A stretch of 61,668 bases of DNA, filler included, from Sphacelaria rigidula (lineage: Eukaryota): the NCBI GenBank assembly GCA_964200075.2. It is 8 parts of 8 records of this genome, joined end to end, with 100 filler letters (N's around TTAATTAATTAA, not from the genome) between each part and the next. Parts side by side here need not be neighbours in the genome. Positions count along the whole stretch, not along the records: positions 23,166 to 30,786 come from CAXNAA020014058.1; positions 30,887 to 38,507 come from CAXNAA020014059.1; 6 more parts are not named here. One strand, 5' to 3'. How positions within the stretch are numbered: the first letter of the stretch is position 1; each line of letters begins with the position of its first letter. Position numbers and translations under genes: made by a program. Of the stretch, positions 23,907-37,560 are shown in pieces. Under the pieces are notes generated by a model. It was given only the letters and a program-made list of their open reading frames with translations, was not told the DNA's origin and searched no databases.

Positions 23907-24210
23907 ACACCCCGGTGGTGTAGTGGTCCGATTGTCGCCATTAGGCTGAAGAGAACGGGGGTTCGGTTCCCGATTGGTTGGGTTTTTTTTACGTAATGTA
24001 TGATTACCACCGTGGAAAGCGTGAGAACATGAGTAAACAAAATAGTCGACTGGGTTTGTGTGGCGTGAGTTGACGCGGTGCGGGAGTGCTGACCCAATCC
24101 GCGGGACCAAGATGAAAGGCACGTACCGGGGGAGAGACGGGTTGATCCCTTCAGAGCACGGACTCATCCCGAGGAAGGGGAGGGGTCCAAAGTGTGAGGG
24201 GAAGAACACA
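23907..24210 (+). mobile_element. tRNA-derived SINE, copy C
   Basis: ccccggtggtgtagtgg ... ggggttcggttcccg head plus the shared body; sits within a CA repeat. Confidence 0.8.
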
Positions 24211-25600
24211 CACACACGTATATACTGTATATACAAGGCGGCTGCGACGGAGGAGGGCAACGCCCCCTCCGGCTTGCGCGGGGAGCAAGGCACTGTAGCC
24301 GAGGGGGATGAGGTTTGCATCCAAGGCTCAATTAAGGCTTCTGAAGTAGGCACCGAGCAGCCAACCCACATCGCTAAACATGGTGCGCCCATATCGCTGC
24401 AATTGGCACTAGAGCGTGTATGAAAATCAGCCCCCGCCGGAGCTGCTCCATTTCCCGCTAGGTTCAATTCAAGCGGTCTACGTTTTACGCAACCTGTGCA
24501 TATTTCATGTCAACGCCATTCATGCGCAAAAACCAAGGTCTCCAAGGTGCACCCCTCTCGTCCAACGGCGTGGGAATTCCCGTGCAAAGTAGGAGGCCGT
24601 GCAAGTCAGTGGATGATAGACCTCACCGGCGTTTTCCACATGCACCGGATGAAGGTCATCCAACATGCCGAGCTGGCATACCTTGCGACTATACTGGGTG
24701 CGGTATGGTGGTAATGCCGCCATTTAAACCACGGCCATCATTGCGAACGACCCAGTAGCGGCGTGATCTCGATACAGTCCTTGATACATCGCATCGACCG
24801 CACTCAGCACACGTTTGCCATCGTGCACAAGCACCAGCATGCCTTATGCACACCGGAGGAGCGCTGCGCCAACAATCTCTCACTCAAGTACACCTTCGTG
24901 GTGTTAGAAGTGAATTTTGACGCCTGCAGCCGTACTGCTTGAAACTATTTTGAATGACCGTTGGATGTCCAGACTGTCCAGACAGCACGAACGACTGCCC
25001 GGACACGACCACAGTGAGTTTGAGCCGTGGGATCGATAGTCCAGTACATCGGTGACAGCGATTTAGCACGCCATGGCTGTCGCACTGGTGCGTGAGGTGT
25101 GCTGGACGCGGCGCACTTGAAACATCAGTGCGCACTAGACTTTTGCTTTTTATGCGCTTTTCCCAAAAACGAAATGCGTCTCGTTCAAACGGGGTCATTT
25201 TGAAGCGGAAACCCCGCCGAGGCGTTACAATTACTTGATATTGGTGTGGAAGGCCGAAAAACAAGAACCCATTATTTATGCGAATTATATGTGCGCATAA
25301 AAAGCAAAAGCCTAGTGCGCACCTTGTCAAAATTTACGCGCCGCCGTTAGATATCCTGCTATTTTGTCCAAACCGACCCGCTACATATTTTCGTTTATAT
25401 CATGGTTTGCACAAATAAACGAGCGATCGAAATGACCCTCGGGGCATGTGAGATATGTGTGTATATTTCAAGCCGAAGCAGGAACGCCAACGTACGTCTT
25501 TAGAGAAAGCTATCCAAGGATTTTGACTGTTTTGGAGCATTTATACAGAAACAGCAGCTTAGGCACAGACAGCAAATGGCACATATGAACGACAACAAAT

Positions 25601-26545
25601 TAGAGTTGTGAACTGGTTTGCCTAACCACTTGATTGGTTGCACAAGATAACAACCACTTACCTTCATCAGTTAAAAATGAATAACTGGCGGCGAAGCCGC
25701 ACCGCGACTCCGCCAGCGCTGCCCGACAAGGCAACGGGACGGGGCCGCGTAACCCCGCCCCCCCCCGGCTGGTGAGGGGGCCCCGCCGGAGGCAAGAAAA
25801 TTACGCCATTTGGCTTACATCTCTTCAAAATCGCGGTAAATTCTAATCGCCTAGCGCCAGAAAATTCGAGCACGTAATTGGTGCACGAATATATATATAT
25901 ATATATGTATGACGGACAAGGAAATATCACTAAACGTTGCAACGTGAAATAAAAAAAAACAAGAGGTGAGGCAGTAGTGAAGCATACATTGCGTTCCGCG
26001 TGTACCACCCAAGTGCCAGGAACTACTAGTAGCACGACAACTCGGTAATGCTATAAAGTGTGACTTCATCAGCCAGGAAAATTCAACAGAAATCTTGACT
26101 CTTCCTCATGCTTCCGTATGACATTGACCAGGCACCACTTAATGTCAACGCTTGATGCCGACAGAATTAAGCAAAGCACACACAACAACGCTACGAAACG
26201 CAGTCTTGCTTCACATTTCAGATCCGCTAAAGCAACAATTGGTCGTGCCAAATCTCTTTTTTGTGTATTAGAATAAATTGTCTGCGATATTCGTGTCTAC
26301 ATCTAAGTGTGTGCGCCGTGCGGTCATGTACTCGCCTCTGTAACAGCGTCCCCACGGACATTGTGGTACGACAATACTTCAGAAATATTGACTCGAGTAT
26401 GACACATGTACACAGAACACTTTGAAGTATGACGCATATGTGGGGTGAAATGATTGGTTCAACTGGTTACAAAATCGATCAATTAACCAGTTGTGCCAGT
26501 TAACTGTAACTGGTCAGTTAAACCGGCAGCCAGTTCACAACTCTA
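25601..26545. mobile_element. Non-autonomous hAT-type DNA transposon with 8-bp TSD
   Basis: TIRs TAGAGTTGTGAACTGG / CCAGTTCACAACTCTA; identical 8-bp flank CAACAAAT at 25593-25600 and 26546-26553. Confidence 0.88.
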
Positions 26546-26807
26546 CAACAAATGGATACCTTCGTAGTGATGGAATCAATTCAGGGCACTGTACTGTACT
26601 GTCGTTGATGCCGTGTGGTTATGCATATTATACTTTCTTCGTGGAGCAAGGGTGTACCCTACAGTGCAAGTTGCAAGAACGGGCGACAGCAAAGAATTTA
26701 AGTGCTGCATATACGCGCGCACCATACACGGAACTTCATCACCATGCAGAAGTTGCTTGCAATAGAACACATTTTTTACATAACGTTAACGCCAAGGGCA
26801 ACTTTAC

Positions 26808-27252
26808 TGGGAGCCGTTCAAAATTCCTGTTGAAAACTGTCTTTTGGGCCCTTCTCCGTCGTTTCACGTCCGGAAAGAGGGCTAGACGGATGTTGACGCC
26901 TTGGAATGACTTGCTCTACTCGTTAAGACCATTTCAAGGGAACTTTGCGTTTCCCGCTGGCCGCAGTTTTGTTTTTGGCCAAACTTGCTTTTCCGATAAA
27001 AAACGGTCAGGTGATCAACATATTGGCAGCTTTCCCGTATTTTGTATTCCACTTGATCGTTTTTTATGAATGCGTGTTTGGCCAAAAATAAAACTGCAGC
27101 GAGCGGAAAATGCAAAGTTGCCCTGGAACGGTCTTAACGAGTAGAGCAAGTCATTCTAAGGTGTCAACATCCGCCAAGCCCTCTTTTCAGGCGTAAAACG
27201 ACAGAGAGGGGCCAAAAAGGCAGTTTTCAACAGGAATTTTGAACGGCTCCCA
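26808..27252. mobile_element. Foldback/MITE with ~185-bp imperfect terminal inverted repeats
   Basis: tgggagccgttcaaaattcctgttgaaaactg...gaatgacttgctctactcgttaagacc is mirrored by ggtcttaacgagtagagcaagtcattc...cagttttcaacaggaattttgaacggctccca. Confidence 0.85.
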
Positions 27253-30200
27253 TCAGAGTTGGTTTGAAAGAAATATATTCACATGGATACTATGGCACAT
27301 GAAAATCTTCATCACAAGTTACCGGCCAAAAAGGACTTCATAGGCAATTCACAGATCGAACGGATCAGATCGTGACAGATCCGGGTCGGTTCATTTGGGG
27401 CATATATCGTGATCTGTCCGAGGTGTGCTGTCACCCGTGCATGTTTGTCGGATGGAGATCTGTAGGACCTGTTTGACCCGTAGATGTTTGTCGAGTGACG
27501 AGCTGTATGACCCGCTTTAAACAAACACACCTTCATGTAGAACTGATCTGCAAAGCTGTGTCATCTGTACAATATCACATAGTTGTCATCTATGTAACTT
27601 GGCTCATTCAAACGCAGCAACTTTTCATCAACCCGTTTGATTTGAACGATATGTACAACAAAAGCTACCCCTTTCCTGTGGAATCCGAATCCAGTATACA
27701 AGAAAGAGTTTCCCGCACCCATAAAATCTGAATCTTGGATATAAGAAACAGTATTCAGTACTCCCCACTTGCTCACTTGTATGACCTTGCTACATGATGC
27801 ATGTTCACAATACCGTAGTTTGACTGTAGTAACGCGGGCACATGGAACATCGAGTTGATGCCCCAGTGACTTCGTGAAGGAGGTACAGATATCTATGCAC
27901 ATGTATCCCGCACGATTGATTGATGGGTCGGGGGTTTTCGACGCTTTCCGAATTTTGCACCGTAGAGGCCTGCTCCACCTGGTAGCGTTTGTTTTCGTGT
28001 GCTCTTGGCGCTATACCTCGTGGCGGAATGAAATTTCTTGTAAAACCGTAGGATCTCCTCACTTCGGTAGGAGTAGCAGTGGTGGTGAGGAATAATGACT
28101 GTAATTTGCGTAAATGAGACGTATGGTCAGTTGTGCCAGCGGCAGTACGGCCTACTGTTTTCGTATTGCCTCGTTCAGGTTGCGCAGCCATGTGCGACTG
28201 GAGAAGGAAGGGTCGCTATAGGTCTATGGTCAGTTGACACATTATGACGCTATTCGGCCAGCGTCTGACAAACATTTCCGGGGGAAATTCATCAATGGCT
28301 CCCGTAAGGCCGCCCGACGATAGTCGTACACACTCTGCGACCTGCGAGTGATCTGATATCCGTAGGACCTGTTTGACCTATACACAAACATTTCTCGACT
28401 GGTGACCTAAAGAACTCGGCTGCTCTGTCATGAGACCACGGCTGGACCCCTGGGGGGTCGTTCATGTGCGACAACCAATCATCAATCAATCAAAATGTAC
28501 ACATGGCTTCACGAATGATCTGTATGACCCGCGTGATTCGTACAAGTTCGCTTGATAATGATCTGTATGATCCGAGTTGCTTGTACTAGGATTTCCACGA
28601 GTGACTGGTATACTCCGATTTATCCGTACACTGTGTAATCCGAATCAGGTGTACTCAAAGCGTCGGTAACAACCAACCTGTGATACCCTCATGACTCCTA
28701 CAAGATACCTTCCTCGTGATGGATGATACCCGGAACACGGGAACCGTTCATAACTAGTTGCACTGTGTCATCCGACTCGAGAACACAAACGTGTTCACAT
28801 TCTACCGGTATAACCCGGGTGACAAAGAAAATGCTCTGTCCGAGGTTTGAAGCAATTCAAGACGTGAATACCGATACGACGACACTCATATACGGTACCA
28901 TGGAGATGCACACCGAGGTCTGCTACATTCCCATGCACCACTAGACCTTTAACCGGTGGGCATCACTGTGCTGGCATCTGCCGCCCTTACGTGCGGGGCA
29001 CATAACACCAAGGTATGGCGCATCGTGCCGGATATGCAATATCACTCTGTACGGCACTGCTCGCTGCATCTTCGCCAGCTGGGCGCGACCTATTTGCAGG
29101 TGGGGTATGCAAATAAGAGCGAGCAGGTCGCGAACGCTCCCAGAGCCGAATCCGTAAGAAACCCAATTTTAGATGCTAAACACACGAAACAATCGTTCTC
29201 CACAGCAGCTCACAGCAGGGCAGTAGCACCGAACAGATTTTTCTTGTAGTAGAGCAGGATACCGCAAACGTAGGCGGCGATGATTGTTCTCTGCTCGACA
29301 TTACCTGGAATAATCAAGTGAATCGTTTTTTCTTGAAGCTCCTCTTATTAGAGGCAATTTCTCAAAGATGAAAAATAATGTTGATGCTACGGTGTCATGG
29401 ACAAGATGCCATCAGCTGAGTGTTCAAACATAATCCTGTCGTGTGTGTGCTATCACGTAGCCACAACTGTCCATATCCGTCGCAGCCTATGCGCGGGAAA
29501 ACAGTGTACACGGGCAGATGCCATACTCGTTCATGGATACTACGATAATTTGAGTACTATACGAAACACGGCCGTATACACGCAAGGACGGGAGTTGAGT
29601 TATGAAATCAAACGATCATTGTACTACAAGCAACGTAGTCTACTGTCTGCTGTGCGGACTGTATACTCTGTACAGCAGACAACAGGCAACAGTAGCACGT
29701 TAGTATTATCCTGTGCAGGGCTTGTAGTGCTTGGTCCAGTTGACAAGTAGTACGATACAGGAACACTCCCACTACTCGTGCTGCCGCCTCGATAGCCTAC
29801 ACAGTGTACAGGCAGCGTGGTGTTTTTTACAAGAGCAGTGCATCAGGCGGTATTCTCAAAAGCAAGGAGCTGATGTGTATGCAGCCGGTGTGTTCAGAGC
29901 ATCCATTCAATCGAGCATGCGCGGTGCTTGGTTGACCAAGAACTCAATACGACTGTTTGCTTAAGCCGATGTATGTGGTCCCCTGACCTACGACAAAATT
30001 CTTTCTTGCCCGCCTTGCTGTGGACTGCTGTGGAGCGCGACTGACCGTTGTTTTGTGTGTGCAGCATTTCGATTTGAAATTGGGTTCATTGTGGATTTAG
30101 TTCTGGAGGCGTTCGCGACCTGTGTAGTCTTATCTGCATACCCCACCTGAAAATAAGTCGCGCCCGCCAGCTGTTATGTGCTTATGGGTACTGTCGCAGC

Positions 30201-30610
30201 TGCCATATACGTTTATGTACTGAGAATTGGACAAGGTCGGCAGCTCGCCTGTCACAGTCCTGGCTTCTCGATCTCTCCAAGTACAGAGAAGTAAGCTTGA
30301 TGTCAATCCTCGGCTTGGCCGATGTTTTTGTTTTGACCTGTATTGTAGGCCGCTCCCTCGAAACACCAAGGTGCCCCCCCCGACCTCTCCTTAGACGTGG
30401 ACCTGGACCCTCTTTCTGCAGCATCAAACTAACAGGTGTGCGTTTAGAAGGAATTAAGGACGTAGAAATGGGCTGGGATATGCCGGGGAGGCATGTCAGA
30501 GTCGCAATCAGCACGGAGAGTTGACCCAAAGGTTGCCGGTGGTGTTTTCTCGCACACACGTCATAAGTGCCCGGGATCGAATTGGTTCGGGAAAGAACTA
30601 GTTCTGTACC

Positions 30611-30786
30611 TTTTTTTTTGCTCACACTTTGAACCCATCCCCTTCCTCGGGGTGAGTCCGTGCTCTCAAGGGACCAACCCCTCTCTCCCCCTGTACGCGC
30701 CTTTCATTTTGGTCTCGCGGATTGGGTCAGCATTCCCGCACCGCGTCCAGTCACGCCACACAAATGTAGTCGACTACTTTGTTTAC
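30611..30786 (-). mobile_element. tRNA-derived SINE, copy D (5' part cut by contig end)
   Basis: ctcacactttgaacccatccccttcctcggg..gagtccg...ttcattttggtctcgcggattgggtcagca is the reverse complement of the SINE body. Confidence 0.8.
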
Positions 30787-30886
30787 NNNNNNNNNNNNNN
30801 NNNNNNNNNNNNNNNNNNNNNNNNNNNNNNTTAATTAATTAANNNNNNNNNNNNNNNNNNNNNNNNNNNNNNNNNNNNNNNNNNNN
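30787..30886. other. Artificial contig spacer
   Basis: N44-TTAATTAATTAA-N44. Confidence 0.98.
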
Positions 30887-31589
30887 TAATAGAGACACCT
30901 CCAACATTCCGGCACTCATTACGTTTCTTCCGCAGCTCAGTGCGTTTCTTCCATACATTATACAAAAACCTTTCACATATCTTATCCCCGCCCTGAAATG
31001 GCCGTTCCCATACTGGAACGCCTTAAACCGGGGGGGAAAAGCAGAAGAAAACAACCTGACTCACTTTTCTTCATTCAGTATGCCTTAGCGAGGTCCAACA
31101 CAAAATTTCAGTACGAGCTGGGCCAGCTTAAGAGCGGCCAAACGTTGTCCACACTACAGCTTTCCCAGCTTCCCGAATGAACCCGATGTAAGCATATCAC
31201 TGTGAAGTGCAGATTAACCTGGTAACACATGGCATCGCCGCTGAATGAACAAAAAATAAACAAAATGCACTGCATAAAATATGGACTCAACGACGGACGA
31301 AAAAACAAGAGAATCTGTCGGGATTCGAACTCATGACCTCCGTAATTGGAGTCTCCATCACTTGAATTATAGGGGTGCAGCAGCGTCACGCAAAACGTTG
31401 CACGCGCATGGCCCAATTCGACCACTCTTGAGCTGAAACTTCACGCAGACCTTCTGCACCCAAGGAAATAATACATCACGGGAGCAGCTGCAGATTCTCG
31501 TTTTGTTCCTGGACTTATGACATTATCTTGTTTTTGCTGAAATTTCAAATCTCCATAACTTCCTTTTTTTCTCATTTTTTCCTTTGCTG

Positions 31590-34328
31590 CTCTCGTCATA
31601 TTCTGAACATCGATCATAATAAGCTGCTGTCAAAGTTTCAGCGTGCAACCCCTGATTTTTCGCTGTGCGTCGCCTGGGCGAGAAAACTACCCACTGTTGG
31701 CTGGTTCAGCTCTTACACAAACACCAAACGTGGGTCGTTAAGTGGCCTTCAAAATACTGTTCCGATTTTTCCTCAAACCTGTTTCGAAACGACCCTTTCG
31801 CCATTTAATACTCAGTGTTGGACCCTACAATTTGGAATGGACAATCAATAGGGCATTATATACAAATTATGCGTGGACCCAAATAGTGTTTTCTTTACGA
31901 GTTAAGGGCAATATTCATTTTTCAGGTATCAGTAAAATGCCTTTAAATCATAAAGAAAAATCCTTGGGTCCATGCACAACTTTTTTCATTATGCCCTTTT
32001 GATTGTCCATACCAAACTTTAGGGTCCAACTGAAAGTTTTACAGTACTGGGTGCCTGAACTGTTCATCTTGTAGTTCTTTCGTAATTGGCGATTTTCCTG
32101 AGATCTTTCGCTTGCCACCGCTCGTCACATTGGGGATCTGAAGCACGACAGGACAAAATTGAATGCACACTGTCCTCATCATATACCACGACCACGATCA
32201 ACTGGAACAAACCCCTTGATGCAATCTTTTCACGATGTCACTGCCTACCGATTCTGAAGGGTTGACTGAATTCCACGCCACTTCGAGGCTGCGCGACCTA
32301 GAACGTGAAGCGACACAGATCTCTCGACTTTCTTCCCGAGCCGGGCACTGTGCTGTACATTCGGTGTTGACACAAACTGAGTTGATGCTGGTATTTCTCC
32401 CGAATACACAAGAGCGATGCTGCGATAGGGGTTGCACTTTTTGTTTCTGGGTCTCCTTTTTGTAGGAGCCTAAATATATGGGGCTTACTGTGTAACCCAA
32501 ATCTCCGGGGACAGGACATGGAGATGCACACAGGAGCCTTTTCATGAATCGGCATCACTTTCAGTCTTTTTCAAGTGAAAATGATGCCGGTTCTCAAATT
32601 TATCCGTGCCACACCCCAAGAAACAATTTCGCTCGAAAAGTGCAACCCTATCGTAGCATCACTCACAAAACATTCATCTCCCCCCTCCCTTCCCCCCGGA
32701 CGATTTCGCTACATATACTGACACTCGCAACGGTCGAAAGATGTGCGGGTACATATCCAGGATGATCCACCCAGATGCGACCAACCGGCCATCGGCGTCG
32801 GAAGTCGCCTTCCTGTTCGAATGCTGCAGTTTGCGGGCAGGCGCGAGCGACCAAGACTTGCCCGCCCATTTAACCCTCCACATGCCCTCGGCGGCAGGAG
32901 AACAGGCATCGTCACCGTCCACGACAACAACAGCGCCAGAGTCTGCGGTGGCGAGAGCGGCAACGAGGATCGCCACAAGACGCGGCCTTCATCCACGATA
33001 ACAACTCGTCGGCGGCGGCGGCGTTGCCGGCGGTGGCGACGGCGACCGTAGCATCAGTGACCGTCATCGCCGCTACCGCACCATCACCATCGCCGCCTCT
33101 GGCACCACCGCCCTCATCGGTAGTTCACGTGACCGATCTCGAAGCCGAGTTCTTTGTCTTGGCTGTAAAGCAAGAGCGAGCGGAGCTGAACGCCGCTGGT
33201 GAAGCAGGGACCCAGGTGGAGAAGGCAGCAGAGGCTGCACTGAAGAACATCTTGCGCATCAGCATCCCATCGCGCGAACGTGCGACTAAACCGAACGTCC
33301 AGTCAACGCCGCCAGGCGCCGATGGAGTCGTCTTGCGGGCTGCACCCGTGGCGGCGGTCATTCGGACCGGGGCGGCAACGGCGGCGACGACGGGCGCAGC
33401 AGAGGTCAACTTGAAGCTCCTGTTGGGAACCGCTCCGTACTGCCACCGTGGTGCATCCGACGCCGCCAGCTTCTCGTAATTGTCCCGTACCGCCGAGCGG
33501 GCCGGCGGCCGACGGTGGTTGGGGACATTTTGTCTTCATCGATTTCCCTGGTGAGGGGGTCAAGCAGAGGGGCAGCGAGAAGATTTCGCTGCCGCCTCCG
33601 TCACGGCCGATAGCCAAAAGGGAGGACGGTACGGACGGGGAGGGACGCAGGGACGCAGGGGTAGGCAGACCGATTTGTCGCGGCCCAGGGACGATTATGA
33701 AGCTATTCTCGCACCAAGTGTGCCTTCTTACATGTGTGCGGCCGACCTGGAAGAAGAGATAGTGGAATCGGCCACGAACAGAAGGAAGGCTGAGATGGCG
33801 ATCCTGGCTATGACTTCGGTGTTGACTGCGGGTGGCAGGGGTATTGGTGGAGACTACCATGGTGGTTCTGGCCATTCTCTGACGCCGGCTGCCCCTGCAT
33901 CGCCGGCTGCTGGTCGCGGGCTTGTTGATAAGCGACTGCTATCACCGCTGCCATCGCCTTCGCACCGTAGGGATGTGAAACAACGGCAGGGCAGTGGAAG
34001 GGCGAAGGCTTGCCTCAAGACCACCCTCGGCAACCCGCCTGCTACACCCCAGCCGGTCACCAACATCATGTCCCGGAATACCATCACCGCGGATCTCACT
34101 CCGCAAAAAAGCGGGGGAGACAGCTACAAGCCGAAAGACACGGCAAGAGCTCCAGGTCGCGCCCGGCTCCCCTGGTTCCAAGCGGTGGCCCCAGCCCCGC
34201 GTCGCCAGATCCTTAGCTCCCAGCCGGTGGCTTACGGCCCGGGTCGCTCGAACATTATGCTATACCACGGCCCGAACGCCGGGATCGAGACGGGGCGAGG
34301 CGGGGTCGATGCCTTTGGCTTAGGGTGA
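31590..34328 (+). pseudogene. Decayed protein kinase gene with a long low-complexity C-terminal tail
   Basis: Scattered motifs in the correct order but different frames: RGSL (31729-31740), RHIGDLK (32123-32143), ISPEY (~32393-32407), ISRMIHPDATNRPSASEV (subdomain XI, ~32753-32806). The tail ORFs 32741-34328 are broken by frameshifts and stops. Confidence 0.55.
31813..32032. mobile_element. MITE (Tc1-like CAGT terminus) inserted in the kinase remnant
   Basis: cagtgttggaccctacaatttggaatggacaatcaatagggcat / atgcccttttgattgtccataccaaactttagggtccaactg. Confidence 0.75.
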
Positions 34329-34999
34329 GCGGAATGGCGTGAGGGCGGGGGCGGGGGCGGGGTCAGCAGACTCTACCCTTTCGGGATGTTTGAGGCCGAC
34401 CAGGGCATTTGGGGAACTGATTGGGGTGCCGAAGGACCGTTGGGATGTTGAACGGTGGCCATTGGTCTCCGCGCTGGGCGCCGCGTTTTGGAAGATGGTC
34501 GCGTGGTTGGAGCCCAATTGTGTACAGACAAGACGACCTGATCAGAGTTGCAGTAAGGGCTTGCTCGTGTGGGGTCGCACGTCTCATGCCCAATGATAGG
34601 AGATATGGGGGTTTGAAGTCGGTATCTAAACTGCGATCGTTCAGGTTTCTCAATGGAATATTTTAGGGGGGGGGGGGGGGGGGTTGGGCACCCGCGTGAG
34701 CGAAATAGCCTACGATAAGCTTAGCTTGAGCACGGCGACAACCCCCATACCATAGGGAATCCGAACGAGATAGTGGCAGACACACGCGCCGATCGAGATA
34801 CAATACGGTACGGATAACGGTACATGGGCGTCAACATACAGGCTGGGAAAGGGGAAGAAGGGCAGAATACAGCTAGTAATGTCACGACTCCAATACTTCG
34901 GAGAGCATGTGGCATCTTGTTGCGTGGGTGGAGGTGCTGCGAGGGGCGGGAAGATGGTTCCGAGATCGAGGGCATGTTTTCGGAATGGTTTCGTTCGCC

Positions 35000-37560
35000 A
35001 TGCTGTCGCGACGCTTAAATCACATGTTGCGTGTGGCCGCGCTGGCCACTCGTGCAAGTAATTTGCGATAAGCCAGCCGTTAGGCACGACTTACACGAAC
35101 GTAGACCGCAACGTCCGACTGTACATAGCAAAATCAAGCGGGCAAGGAAGCCGCAAAGATTGAGCAGCTCAGTCGTCATTACAATAAAAGCTTGTGCTGT
35201 GAAGACTCTTGTGGACCCACGGGAACGTTCCTTACTGATAGAATACGAAAATAACGATCAGACGACCATCTTTCGTCATCCCGATGATGGAGAATCTTCA
35301 GAGTTTTGCTCGGAGTCTATTACGCGTTTGCTCGTGATAAGCGGATAATGAAATAATCCGTAATTCCTCCCACTCAGCAGACAAGCCTGTCATCGTCTGT
35401 GCGGATGTCACTGCAGCCTACATACCGCGCCAACAGTGCTACATTCACCTCACAGAATTGAAAGGCACCGGACCGCATGGCACCATACATGCGACGCTTG
35501 AGCACACGACAACGCAGAGGTTCCTTCCGTGGTAGACGTGAATGGCCGACTGAGATGACATTCGAAACCCCAGACTGCTGCTGAGATAGCCTCCCCCGAA
35601 CCGGCCAAAAACGTGCATGGAGGTGATGATCATAAACGCCGTTAGAGCTGGTTTCGTGTTTCACGACGCGACTCATTTGGGCGTGATAGCTGCTTTCGGG
35701 CTGCTACACGCCTTTCACGTGAGCGATATTGCTGCAAACGAGCCCAATAGTAGGATCGCAGCTGGTTTGTTCGACTGCTCTTTTGAACCTTTTGTGGGGG
35801 GGCTATCTCGGCATTAGTCCCCACGAGGTTGTTTTCATCTCGAACAATTCAATAACAGTTCGTCTATGATCGTGTTCATTGCTCGCTTCAGCCGCGAGGG
35901 GACTTGCTCATCTATTTTTCTTGAATTGTTAGGATTGGCGCAAGGTAGCTCTGGCTTGAGTACCGCCCGAAGTCAAACGATATACCCAACACCCATGGGT
36001 TGAGCATATCAGAGGATGAGCTTTGCCCCACCTCTCTCTAGCGTTTGGAAACTGCGCTGTACTGCTGTAGCGTCAAGGTTTTGTCCCACGTTTTTACGGC
36101 GAGGAGATCATGGCATATTTACGCCACTCTCCCCATTCGTCCGTCATATGTTCCAGAAATTTGAACGAGTTGCGGACTGACTTGCCGGTCACCAAGTGTC
36201 CAGCCGGCGCACACATCCTGCATCGAACGTGGTGCTGGATCGCATCAATCTCGGTCGGATTCATGAACGACTCTGGTCGAACCGAGGTTACCAACTTCAG
36301 GGAGGGAGTGTGCTATTGTAGAAGCGAAACAGCGAGAGGTTCCGCTACTCTCTAGCGACTTTTGAATGGTTTGTAAGCTAGGTTTAAACGGGGAGTTTGC
36401 ACCATCCCGAGCAGGGCATTTAAGCAGCATTGTGTGTTGGATCAGATCATCCAGAAACAACAGACAACGGCGTGGTATACGTTCCCCAAACGGTGTTTTT
36501 GCTTCGGATCAGAATCAAGCAAGTTGAAGGCTGACCGGCCATTTGCATGGGGTCGGGACTTCTGCGCTTCCTCGACGATGAAACTCTGTGAATACCCCTC
36601 TGACCCGAGTCGATTTCACTTGCACTTGTGATTCATTTAGATGGGTCGATACGTTTGATTCCAAACGTGTTTGTTGCGCTTCACGCGCAGAACAGGGGTT
36701 TGGGGGTTGTTAGTATGCGTATCTCAGCCCAATAACGCCTTATTTTCTTGTCTGACACCACGACTACGGACAGGTTTTGCTTAGTAGTTTGTCTGATTGT
36801 TGCCAAAGTCTACCAAGCCCTGACCAGTTGGGTGAACATCACCAAAATTCGACGGTGTTGAATCGAAAGCCTATGAATGACCGACCTTCAGATGCCCGTG
36901 GGCATGGTGTGTGAAAATATACATATTCGAAGGTGAAGGTTCCTTGTCGCGTGAGTTACGAGTTCACTTCTTCGCGATGTTTCCTCCTGTCACATGCACC
37001 CTTCTTGTTTAAAGAATGCATTGGAGGAAACAGAAAGAACGGATGGGTCGACCACAGCAGCTCTCGATCTCCGGCGCGTCCTTGGTGTATAAGCTGCTAG
37101 CCAGCTACAGGCTTGTTTTTTGGTAGGCCAAAGGCCAGCCTTAAGTGCAGATAGCGCAGAACGCAATGCTGTGCCGCAGGGACGACACGAGGTGACCACA
37201 GGCCCGACCCGATTATTCCTGACGACGCCGGTTAACGCAGCTCTTAGGCTGTGATTACACGGAAAATGCAAGATTATGTGAGGGAATATGCCTCATTCAT
37301 GACCCCAATGCAGTACATACACATTGGACGGGTCATGAGAAACGAAGATTACTTCATACTCTCAAAGATAAGCATTGAGGCCATGTCTAGTGGGCACTTT
37401 TAATGGTGTGGCTCTCGTCAAGTGTCGAACCTTGCAAAGTGTCGGAGCCAATGCCTCCCCCTTTTTCACACCAAACGAGCCCGATAACGTTCACTGGTGG
37501 GGATCAATGTAAATGCTTGATACCTTCGGGGTTTTACGGGGTTGTGTGGGGATTTGTGAG
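35000..37560 (-). pseudogene. Degenerate DNA-transposase remnant, possibly Mutator-like (DUF6729-associated type)
   Basis: Protein-like fragments with many stops and frameshifts. At ~35670-35760, DPTIGL..QYRS/KGV*QPESSYHAQM resembles the D..GL..YRC.RGTS.LE.YH motif (recognised from memory). Confidence 0.35.

Noticed and set aside
24220..25330. Protein-like stretches after SINE copy C
   Set aside because: Stops in all frames, strand ambiguous, no recognisable family.
30130..30420. Possible minus-strand exon
   Set aside because: An acceptor is present but no frame gives a recognisable product or a consistent donor.
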